Source: a virus. From it: a stretch of DNA of 64,000 bases. Position numbers and translations under genes: made by a program. Each line of letters opens with the position of its first letter. Position 1 is the stretch's first letter. Shown in pieces: positions 47,201 through 55,111 of this stretch. Where the stretch lies: positions 13,436-77,435 of IMG/VR virus record IMGVR_UViG_3300032053_000039; one strand, given 5' to 3'. The notes beneath the pieces were generated by a model. That model was not told where the DNA came from, made no database searches, and saw only the letters and a program-made list of their open reading frames with translations.

Positions 47201-48490
47201 CTAATAGATGATCAGGACTGGAAGAAAAGTTTACAATCTAAAAATGTACCTCAAGAAGTCATAACGATACTTTCAAACTACAATGATAAACTGGAAGTAA
47301 CCTATAAAAGATCAAATGGAAAATTTGCTTCAGAGATACAAGCAACAGGAAAAGAAATTTCAGATGTATTGGGTAGAATATATCTTCAGGGAAAACTTTG
47401 GGCATATGGATCCACCAACTTTTTGCAGGTATCAAGAAATGTCTATGCCAGGGAAATAAAAGATTTCTCAGATATATTGATGGTAGAAGAATTCAGGAGC
47501 TGGGTAGATCTTATAGCCTCAGCTGACATGGATAAGTCAGCCATATTGAAAAATCTTAGAACACTGGGGAATACCTGCTTTTCTTATGGTCAATTGAAGG
47601 GGTATCAAGAGCAAGGGATAGAAACAGCAAAATTAAGTAATGTTATAGAGAATGACGGTATAAGATATGAGATACTAGATTTGCTTACTAAACGGCACAA
47701 TCTTGCTTCGTTGATATCTCCTCGGGGGGATATTATACTCTTTTCTGGATGTATTGAAGGAAATGAAACAGTAGATCCTCATATAGAACGATACAAAGAT
47801 TTTATATCTAACGGAATACGAGTATCTTCTTGCCCTGTTGAGTTTATTAGGCCTACAAAACAATACTTAGATAAAGTAGGAAGAGTTCTTAAAAAGAAAT
47901 ACGATACAATCTATTTCGTGCCGGATGTTATAGATTTACCTGAATGGGAAGAACATACTAAAAAGGCAATAGAAAAGGATCTTATAGATCTTGATAAGAA
48001 TGCCCGATCTTTATCAATTTCTTCTTCTTTAATGTATGAAAAGCTTAAAAAAAGAGGAAATCTCGCCATATTTAATAATGGTAGGCATCTTTATGTATCT
48101 AATTGGATAGGTACTCAAGATAAATCTATTATTGATAATCTTATAAAGCATGTTGATATTTACCAGGAAATCGAGAAATCTATAGATAAAGCTTTTGAGA
48201 AAAAAGCATATGATCTTACCAGAAACGAACTAGAAACGTATCGGGTTTTTGGATACATAGAACCTATAATGCGAAATTCAGAAGTTATTGGATGGAGAGC
48301 TGTAGATTCTGGAGAAGAAAGATCTAATGAAAAGATAAAGTTTGGAAAAGCTTGGGATTCTGAAGGTATTTGTATTAATGAAACAGATCAAGATTCAAAA
48401 TCATTCTTCTTTGATAATTTAAAATTATGGATAGAATACCCTCATAAACTAGAGGAGTCAACAGTACAGAGCTTTAACAAAATATTCTAA
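44222..48490 (+). CDS. Portal protein with an intein and a long C-terminal extension
   Basis: RWCRWFY..D..IGAILD..AELP, GTSILRRLFRLL.YEDKLREAQ, PLKIFKLG, GENYA|SANV. Confidence 0.85.
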   Translation: MADELKNENSPISGYRDNFDIILPRDVHSAAVQDDRGDKQSTSSYTGTVNTSSFMGMQSSANILRNPTRRFYDPEITTTAIYLPKDIKRNNRWCRWFYDHDEMIGAILDVHAELPYSRAKLRVDDPVIQRAIDECLDKTNFFSMLPLIDLEYMKVGEVFIYTNWSDSLGMWDSIVIHNPDFIEVKYSPFADRDPVLELTPDEELRSLVHSRRPEDQQLKKRLPQDIVKRVLTGRNIMLSPSCTTHIARRSNPYDLRGTSILRRLFRLLQYEDKLREAQITIADNFIYPLKIFKLGDENKGWIPNANHQKALAQMLQQANFDPNFSLIYHYGLKVDIITVADKLMKMDTEWTEINKKKCMALGISEDFLMKGENYACFTEGTQVTTPDGKNNIENISKDTFVIDKNGTSQKVLDNWCEGVPETLVNIKLWGGKEFQCTSNHKWPIWAWPRNCACGCGKEIKTGKMYAHSGARIGGRTENKVIFNKVSFVKCFGHTTVAGLPEGYDPNITLQASEIKKYDYLMIPRKFSEIKTNTSREQARLLGYFLAEGNYSKHHTTKELTGINLTFNVKEKDTLVKDALDLCKKIGLPIVQIEENNKKNTIRLRSANRLEFKDLIIWFKKSAGEYSYGKKLSEDIMRWPLFLKEELIKGIFRGDGSQTSKVVMYTTTSEVLAYQVELILAQLGFIANWTIQNNRIRNLTSVYKRRTTYRLDFHGKFALDLANLVWGEDSKVLDETEKKFQCQKAWVDDNYVYVMVKSVEVVKNTKKVYNLTVENSHSYLVHNIGTFNSANVGLQMALARYKAKRDLFEIKFLRDKFLRVMAEKNGWYQRDAREIVGQYRVTRKGEELNKRLILPQIIWDKKLVLRDDQQYLTFLNNVYSNGKGPVSVLTMLTAMGLTLEEELSNKEKQRELEEKFGVKSIAPLPGGQGAPLGAMASKIMDRLKFGKKKEARMDEPPTLKPDGDFVTLDNIKEYGTYTQEDENNYAVEISKDLILIDDQDWKKSLQSKNVPQEVITILSNYNDKLEVTYKRSNGKFASEIQATGKEISDVLGRIYLQGKLWAYGSTNFLQVSRNVYAREIKDFSDILMVEEFRSWVDLIASADMDKSAILKNLRTLGNTCFSYGQLKGYQEQGIETAKLSNVIENDGIRYEILDLLTKRHNLASLISPRGDIILFSGCIEGNETVDPHIERYKDFISNGIRVSSCPVEFIRPTKQYLDKVGRVLKKKYDTIYFVPDVIDLPEWEEHTKKAIEKDLIDLDKNARSLSISSSLMYEKLKKRGNLAIFNNGRHLYVSNWIGTQDKSIIDNLIKHVDIYQEIEKSIDKAFEKKAYDLTRNELETYRVFGYIEPIMRNSEVIGWRAVDSGEERSNEKIKFGKAWDSEGICINETDQDSKSFFFDNLKLWIEYPHKLEESTVQSFNKIF
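45347..46582 (+). mobile_element. LAGLIDADG-type intein in the portal (412 aa)
   Basis: CFTEGT..., CTSNHKW, LLGYFLAEG, LIKGIFRGDG, VYNLTVENSHSY, ...GTFN|S. Confidence 0.93.
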
Positions 48491-48491
48491 T

Positions 48492-48944
48492 ATGAACTAC
48501 AAAAATTACATACAAAGAAAAATAGGATCTCTTGTTAATAAGAGAAACAACAACATCTTAAAAGAAAGACGTGCCTATACCTACAAGGGACTTTCAAGTA
48601 ATAAAGAGAAAGAGATCATAGTATATATTAGAATACAAAAGGATATGGATAAGCAGCAGCTTGTTGATTTCATTATGAAAAGATTTAATGTAAATGAACA
48701 AGATGCCGAAAGACTTTTCTATTTAGCATACCCAGATGGATTAGATTTTCAGGAAAATAAATCTTTAGATGCCTTGAATAATATACTCTCAACTCTTGAT
48801 TGTCTACCTAAAGAATTTATAGATAAAATATTTGAAGCTATACTTGAAAAAAGAAATATTGATATAAGGGAAATAGATCCTATAATTATTGATACTACAA
48901 AAATTGTAGTATCTTCTCTTCTTCGCAGAAGAAATTTAATTTAG
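48492..48944 (+). CDS. hypothetical protein
   Basis: Between portal and protease. Confidence 0.6.
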   Translation: MNYKNYIQRKIGSLVNKRNNNILKERRAYTYKGLSSNKEKEIIVYIRIQKDMDKQQLVDFIMKRFNVNEQDAERLFYLAYPDGLDFQENKSLDALNNILSTLDCLPKEFIDKIFEAILEKRNIDIREIDPIIIDTTKIVVSSLLRRRNLI

Positions 48945-48954
48945 AGGTTTCACC

Positions 48955-49830
48955 ATGAATGAGAGAACAGCAGTATCAACTCCTATTAAATACCAGCTTT
49001 TTACTGAATTCAATAAAAAGGAAAAAGATAAAATAGCTGAGATAGTAGAAGTTAATCATAAAGAATTTTATATTGCTCCTACTGTTGAAAACTATGTTTA
49101 TGCAACAACAAGGGCTTTAGACTTTGGTGACTTTCATGGAACTCTTAATAAAAAAGCATTATGGGAACATGCTGTGAACAAGAACGCAGATTTATTTAAC
49201 TATGATGAAATTATGGCAGAACATCCTGTAAGGAAAATCGCTCGATATCTTACTTTTAGAACTGCTGGTATATTTCTTAATCATCAAAGTAATAATCCTG
49301 AAGCAGCAATAGGACTTGCTTTTGATGCTACCCTTGTAATGGAGCCTTATGAAGATATGCATGCGGTTCTTCTTTTTGGTATCGATAAAATGAAAAGTCC
49401 TGGAGTGGCCCGAACACTTCAGACATATCCTACAAGGGTAGGAACTTCAATGGGTTGCTCTATAAAGAGCAGTTCTTGCACTATATGTGGAAAGGAAATA
49501 TTTAAGGATTCAGATATATGTGCTTGTTTAAAACACAACAGGGGATCTCGACTCAAAGGGAAAAAAGTAGCAGAACTTCTTAAAGATATGGAATTTTATG
49601 AGCAAAGTGTTGTGACTTCTCCTGCTTGTGATACAGCATATGTCATAGATGCCATATCAGAAATAATACCTGGTAGGTTACTGAAAGTAGCTACTGATGA
49701 TTTACAGCCAATACTTTCTATAATGGGTACTATTTATAATAGTATTAAGGAAGCGAAAACAATTCAAGATAAAAAAAGATTAAGCAATCAGCTCGATTCT
49801 CTTATTTATAAACTGGAAAAAATGATATAA
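48955..49830 (+). CDS. Prohead maturation protease (zinc-finger-containing type)
   Basis: NKNAD.F, IFLNH, TSMGC..CTICG..C.C, FYEQSVVTSPA. Confidence 0.8.
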   Translation: MNERTAVSTPIKYQLFTEFNKKEKDKIAEIVEVNHKEFYIAPTVENYVYATTRALDFGDFHGTLNKKALWEHAVNKNADLFNYDEIMAEHPVRKIARYLTFRTAGIFLNHQSNNPEAAIGLAFDATLVMEPYEDMHAVLLFGIDKMKSPGVARTLQTYPTRVGTSMGCSIKSSSCTICGKEIFKDSDICACLKHNRGSRLKGKKVAELLKDMEFYEQSVVTSPACDTAYVIDAISEIIPGRLLKVATDDLQPILSIMGTIYNSIKEAKTIQDKKRLSNQLDSLIYKLEKMI

Positions 49831-49846
49831 CTGGAGAAGTTTTGTA

Positions 49847-52219
49847 ATGACACCACACGAACCTAGAATGTTTCAGAGAGCAGGCGTATTTATAACTAAT
49901 ATCCCTTTTGGGAGTTTTGGAAATAATAAGGATGAAGTTATAAATAATTTAATAGATTCTTTATACTCTATAAATAATATAGAATCTGGTAGTATTGCTA
50001 TAGTTCCTAATGTTAATAATACAATAAGACTGATTGTGAGTTCTTATAATCCCTCTATAAAAAAAGAAATAAAAGATAATATAACTTCTGTAATAGAAAA
50101 ATATCTTCCAAAGAAGAAAAAGGTAGATCCTAAAACAGGGGAAGAAACTACTATTGTTTCTTATACACCAGAGTTCTTATTTGATGCAGAACTTGATAAA
50201 GATTACTATGGAACTCTTGGAAAGACTGGAGAAGGTACTGAAAAGGGTTGGTTCATGTTTACTTCATTTGCTGGAAACCAAATGAAGATAAATGCAATGA
50301 TGAATCATATAAATAAGATGACAACTCCTGTAACAAAAGATGGGAAGCCTAATAAGACATACGATCCTTTTTTAGGAATATACTCAGCAATACCTCTTTT
50401 TGGGAATCTTTTTATATATGCTGATCGTACAGAAGAAGTCTACAAGAAGATATTATCTACTCCTTTTGTTTACTTTGAACCTCATGCGAAGACAGGTCAA
50501 TTTCTTGTTCCTATGGATACAAAAAGTGATATAACTAGGTATCTTGGGGATCAAGTTAATGCTTCTGAGATATTTAAAAGTTTGGATTCCATTAAAAATA
50601 TTGTATCTGGCAAAGGTGGTAAAGAAGTAACTGCCTCAATGCTTAAATACTTAAAAGATAATTATAATAAAATTATAACGTATGTAGATGTTTCCTTAAC
50701 TCCTGATTTTAAGACGGATACTATTGTTTATGTAAAACAGGAGATTCCTTTAGGAACACACAAAAAGGGAATGACTGTTGATATACCTGATTGGTTAAAT
50801 AAGACAAGAGCTCTTGAAGCGTTAGCTAGTCCCATAAACAAGGAAGCTGCTATGGACTATCATCTTCAGCAGGGCGAAAAATTGGATATAGGAGATATAA
50901 GTTTTTCATTAAAATCTAAAGTATTTTCAGAGATATTGAGAGATACTAGTTCTGCAGACGTTCTTAGGGATCCCACTCAAGTAAAAAATAGAATGATTCT
51001 TGATGATCATATTATCAACTTAGGTTCTTTCTCTGGAGAGAACGGAATGCTTGATTCTAAAAAAATATTTGATGCTTTTACTAATGCACAAAGCAACTTG
51101 GAAGAGGTACTTAGCAGAGATAAGGAATTAAGTGATCTTTTTGGAATGACCTATATTGAGGATGAATCTAAGAGTAAATCAAAAAAACCTATTAAGAAAC
51201 CTTTAAAGAATTTTCCTGATTTTTATTTTGATACAAAAAAAGAAGGAGCCGTTTCTGGTGAGTATGTTAAAAATCTTGAAAATGAATTGAAGATATTAGA
51301 ATCCTCTATAAAGAAGAGTTTACGAAACAAAGAGAATGTTTCTAAAAGTCTAGAAAACTATAAAAAATCAAATTTTAGTTTAGTCGATAAAGACATACTA
51401 GAAAATCTTAATTCTATTATAGGATCCGAGATAGAAAATAATATAATAGGTCCTTCTGTACAGAAGGAATCAAAACTTCCAGAAGAAGAAAAAAGTAAAA
51501 TACAATCTTTTAGTGATTATATAAATAAAGCACTTAGTACAAGAAGTTTTGATGATGAGCTATCATCTCAAATTTATTGGAGAATACAGGATATTTTAGA
51601 TGATAATGAGTTTACTGCATCTAAAAAGAAAGAGTTCGAAGATTATTATGAATCTGAAGTTTCTCGAAAGTCGGGAGAGTATGCAGAAAAACAAAAAGAG
51701 TATGTAGGTCTTATTGAAAAAAGTCCTGTAGGTGGAGAAAAAGAGGAACTTTCTAAAGAGGAAGAAAAGGATATTTCTGAAAAAGAAGAGCCTAAAGAGG
51801 AAAAGGAATTTTCTCCTTATTATAATTATGAAATTCTTATGTCAGCTTCTAAAGGATTGTATGGTAAGGCATATATTTACAAAGATTTGGGAAGGAAACC
51901 GGAATCTCGAATATTTAACTTATCGGGAGGTGGATTAGGATCTCCCACTATAGATATGTTTATATCTGAAGAAGGTAAAAATAAAATATTAGAAGAGGCT
52001 CAAAAAATACTTAAGGCTCATGAAAGTTCCATTGTTCCTATTACAAGGCCTATTATTTCTTTTTATCCTGAATATATAAAAGATTTCGAATCTGCTGATA
52101 CAAAGAGAGCAGTAACCATAAACGGTAATATTAAAGTAGTACAAACATCTGATATAGACATAAGTGCTATGGAAAAAAGAATGCAGGAAGTAGAGAAAGA
52201 AGAAAAGGAATCTAAATAA
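49847..52219 (+). CDS. hypothetical head-module protein
   Basis: 790-aa ORF in the head operon. Confidence 0.6.
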   Translation: MTPHEPRMFQRAGVFITNIPFGSFGNNKDEVINNLIDSLYSINNIESGSIAIVPNVNNTIRLIVSSYNPSIKKEIKDNITSVIEKYLPKKKKVDPKTGEETTIVSYTPEFLFDAELDKDYYGTLGKTGEGTEKGWFMFTSFAGNQMKINAMMNHINKMTTPVTKDGKPNKTYDPFLGIYSAIPLFGNLFIYADRTEEVYKKILSTPFVYFEPHAKTGQFLVPMDTKSDITRYLGDQVNASEIFKSLDSIKNIVSGKGGKEVTASMLKYLKDNYNKIITYVDVSLTPDFKTDTIVYVKQEIPLGTHKKGMTVDIPDWLNKTRALEALASPINKEAAMDYHLQQGEKLDIGDISFSLKSKVFSEILRDTSSADVLRDPTQVKNRMILDDHIINLGSFSGENGMLDSKKIFDAFTNAQSNLEEVLSRDKELSDLFGMTYIEDESKSKSKKPIKKPLKNFPDFYFDTKKEGAVSGEYVKNLENELKILESSIKKSLRNKENVSKSLENYKKSNFSLVDKDILENLNSIIGSEIENNIIGPSVQKESKLPEEEKSKIQSFSDYINKALSTRSFDDELSSQIYWRIQDILDDNEFTASKKKEFEDYYESEVSRKSGEYAEKQKEYVGLIEKSPVGGEKEELSKEEEKDISEKEEPKEEKEFSPYYNYEILMSASKGLYGKAYIYKDLGRKPESRIFNLSGGGLGSPTIDMFISEEGKNKILEEAQKILKAHESSIVPITRPIISFYPEYIKDFESADTKRAVTINGNIKVVQTSDIDISAMEKRMQEVEKEEKESK

Positions 52220-54021
52220 TGTCAGTATCGATTGGAGCAGGAACAGACATATTTGTGAGGAAGGTACAACCAGGAGCTTCAGTAGGAGTAGGTTATTGGA
52301 TAGATGTATTTCAGAATGGTGTAAAAATAGATTCTTTCAGAGTAGAAACTAAAAAGAAAGTAGTAGAAATAGTAAAAAGGTATAAAGAAAAATATCATAC
52401 AGACAGGGCTTTCTTAAATGAATCACAGACCCATATCACGTATAAAACGAAAGAAGAGAGAGGAGAAACTGCTATGCAATCATTAGATCAAGAACTTCAC
52501 AAGAAAGCGAATACTATAAATATTGCTCTTCAAAAACTTCTTACACCCCTATTACCGGTAAAGATACGTGAAGCTGAAGCACTGGGACAGGAAATAATAA
52601 ATCCTCAAGGAATAAATATAATACCAGAAACCCCGGGAAATGAGCCTGCTATGAGTGAAGATCAAATAGGTCCCCTGCTTGCCGGTAAATTCATAGAATT
52701 TGTGAATAAGAACCAGCCACAACAAGGCCAGGAATGGGTAAAAAGTGATGACCTGTATAACCCATTAAAAAAATGGCTGACCGCTATAAAAAAGAAAATC
52801 AACGATTATGAAAGAATGAATACTGTTCAACTGGATATGAATAAAATATCAGATATAGCAGAAGGAATAGTATTTTCTGGAGATCCAGGAAAGATAAAAG
52901 AATCAACAAAAATAGAAGTAACCCCTGAAGTATCTGCCAAAGTAAAAGAAGTAGCTTCTATGAAGGCCGGAATAAGGAAGAAACAATCTTCAGATATAAG
53001 TGGGATGGTTCGAGTCGCTTTAGAAGACCCTTTTGATGCAGAATTAGAAAAGGCTATAGGAGAGGAAGAAAATAAAAACCCCTCGAAAGAATCTGATGAG
53101 GCTATTGAAGGTAAAGAAGAATTTGGTGGAAGTGAAGATACTACTTACATTGGTGAGATAGATATTTTTAAGAAAGAAGCTCCTGAAGAAAAAGAAGACA
53201 TAAGAAGTCAGATATTGTCGTTCCTTAGTTTTTCAAAGAATATCAAGCAAGCTATGGAATTAGGACGTGCTATATCTGAGTGGTCTAATAAATCAGGAAC
53301 TTCCTTAGATATAGCAAAACAGGTACTTAGTGAAATAAGTAATAATACTGATATGTATAAAGAGGCGTTTAATCCTCCAACAATTCTTGAAAAAGATTAT
53401 TTTGAAATAGCTGTCACGTCTGGATTTTTAGGAACAGAAAATTTTATAAAACTTATGAAGAATATCATCAATGCTCTTTCAGCAAAAGAAAGAGCATCTG
53501 ATAAGGAAATTGATTACATAATACTGAGTGCATTTAATTCCATAGGTGGAGAACCAGGACTGGTTGAAAATGCTGAGAATGCTATAAAAATGGTTATGGA
53601 GAGATATCTTAATAATTGGATGATTCAGAATAAAGATATAGATTATAATACTGCTAAACAAGGGGTTACCTCTTTTTGCAATAATGCCTTTAGTGAAGTT
53701 AACTCTAGATATTTATATGCTTATTTATCTGGTGGAAGTTCCATAGTTTCTCGAATCAAAGAATCACTTCTTCTTTCTAAAAAAGATATAGTTGTAAGAT
53801 CAACTTCATATATTACAGGGGAGATTGTTAGATATCTTCGTAGTTACGTAATAAAGGCTTTTGATAATGGATCTTGGGTAGAGACTTACATAACAAAATA
53901 CAGTATCATCAACGCTGCTGCCAAGATATTGAAATCTAAATTTGATGAGGTAGTACAGATAGAATCTCCTACAAAGAAGACTCCTGGTTCTTCTCAATCT
54001 TTTGAATCTCCTGAGGCATAG
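52219..54021 (+). CDS. hypothetical head-module protein
   Basis: 600 aa; several K/R-x-A motifs; possible internal start at 52474. Confidence 0.6.
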   Translation: MSVSIGAGTDIFVRKVQPGASVGVGYWIDVFQNGVKIDSFRVETKKKVVEIVKRYKEKYHTDRAFLNESQTHITYKTKEERGETAMQSLDQELHKKANTINIALQKLLTPLLPVKIREAEALGQEIINPQGINIIPETPGNEPAMSEDQIGPLLAGKFIEFVNKNQPQQGQEWVKSDDLYNPLKKWLTAIKKKINDYERMNTVQLDMNKISDIAEGIVFSGDPGKIKESTKIEVTPEVSAKVKEVASMKAGIRKKQSSDISGMVRVALEDPFDAELEKAIGEEENKNPSKESDEAIEGKEEFGGSEDTTYIGEIDIFKKEAPEEKEDIRSQILSFLSFSKNIKQAMELGRAISEWSNKSGTSLDIAKQVLSEISNNTDMYKEAFNPPTILEKDYFEIAVTSGFLGTENFIKLMKNIINALSAKERASDKEIDYIILSAFNSIGGEPGLVENAENAIKMVMERYLNNWMIQNKDIDYNTAKQGVTSFCNNAFSEVNSRYLYAYLSGGSSIVSRIKESLLLSKKDIVVRSTSYITGEIVRYLRSYVIKAFDNGSWVETYITKYSIINAAAKILKSKFDEVVQIESPTKKTPGSSQSFESPEA

Positions 54022-54034
54022 ATTACTAGAATTT

Positions 54035-54658
54035 CTATTCGTAGAAAAGAAATTCATTCATAGAATTTTTTTCATTAGGTTCTAACATATATTTAGAAGT
54101 TTCTATAATATATTTTATATCTTCATCTTGAACTGGAATATGAGAAGCATCTTTCAATATAGAGTATAGCTCTTCTATTTTATGAGGATCTACATAAGGC
54201 ATGCTTTCTATTTCCTCGGGATTAAATCTAAGTAATCTAAAGAATTTATTTTTATCCTTTATAAAGATTCTTTTGTAAGTTCTATTGTGATTAAAAAATA
54301 ATGAAATAATCTGCCCTTTACCAAAATCTTCTTTAGTCATAACAACATTATCCATAAATCTTGTAGGTACGTTTCTTTCTAAGAGATATAATTTTATAAA
54401 TTTATCAAGATATTCTTTTTTTGATTCTCTTAAAGAGAATGGCTCATGACCTATATCTTTAAAAGAATATCTATTAGGGTCTCTTACTCCAGGTCCTATG
54501 GTAGGTTTATATTCTTCAGGGAATTTTATATCTTTATCAATATGAAACTGATACCTATAATTGAAACAGTATAGTGCATGACTTAATTCATGCATAAAGG
54601 CCATAGGAGGGCAATCAAGACAATTAGGATCTAAAATATCAGTTATAAGTCCTTCCAT
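54035..54658 (-). CDS. HExxH-motif protein (possible Zn metallopeptidase), counter-oriented
   Basis: CLDC..AFMHELSHALYC; GGAG RBS; own promoter. Confidence 0.55.
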   Translation of the reverse strand: MEGLITDILDPNCLDCPPMAFMHELSHALYCFNYRYQFHIDKDIKFPEEYKPTIGPGVRDPNRYSFKDIGHEPFSLRESKKEYLDKFIKLYLLERNVPTRFMDNVVMTKEDFGKGQIISLFFNHNRTYKRIFIKDKNKFFRLLRFNPEEIESMPYVDPHKIEELYSILKDASHIPVQDEDIKYIIETSKYMLEPNEKNSMNEFLFYE

Positions 54659-54696
54659 ATATTATCTCCATAATATTAATGTTTCTTCCTATATAT

Positions 54697-54725
54697 AATA
54701 TACATCTATTATACATCATCGTCAA
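54697..54725 (-). promoter_or_regulatory. sigma70-like promoter
   Basis: TTGACG-N17-TATATT upstream of 54658. Confidence 0.5.
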
Positions 54726-54815
54726 CTTTTTTTTATTCCAAACTTAAATTTTAAACAGTTTTGTACATAATTATTTTGATACTACCAGATTAGTTTATCT
54801 AAGGAAATATACAAA

Positions 54816-55100
54816 ATGCCTGGAACTTTTTGGGATTTTGCTAAAAATACGAACAAAATAGCATCTCTTGAAGATGTTTTTTCTGATTGGGCTACTAAGA
54901 AAAAGTTAAGTCTTGATGAAGCAAGAAAAGAATGGAGTACTATAAATAGTGATATAAGAACTATTTTTTCTGCAGATACTACCCAAGGACTTTCAATTAC
55001 CGAACCAACTCTTGCTCCTAATGCGGGTTTAGCAACTTCTGTTGAAGAAGACAATAAAGAAGACGATACTACGTTAATAAAAGGAATCTTAACTTCTTAA
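54816..55100 (+). CDS. hypothetical head protein
   Basis: 94 aa, NKIAS motif. Confidence 0.6.
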   Translation: MPGTFWDFAKNTNKIASLEDVFSDWATKKKLSLDEARKEWSTINSDIRTIFSADTTQGLSITEPTLAPNAGLATSVEEDNKEDDTTLIKGILTS

Positions 55101-55111
55101 GGTTAACACAT

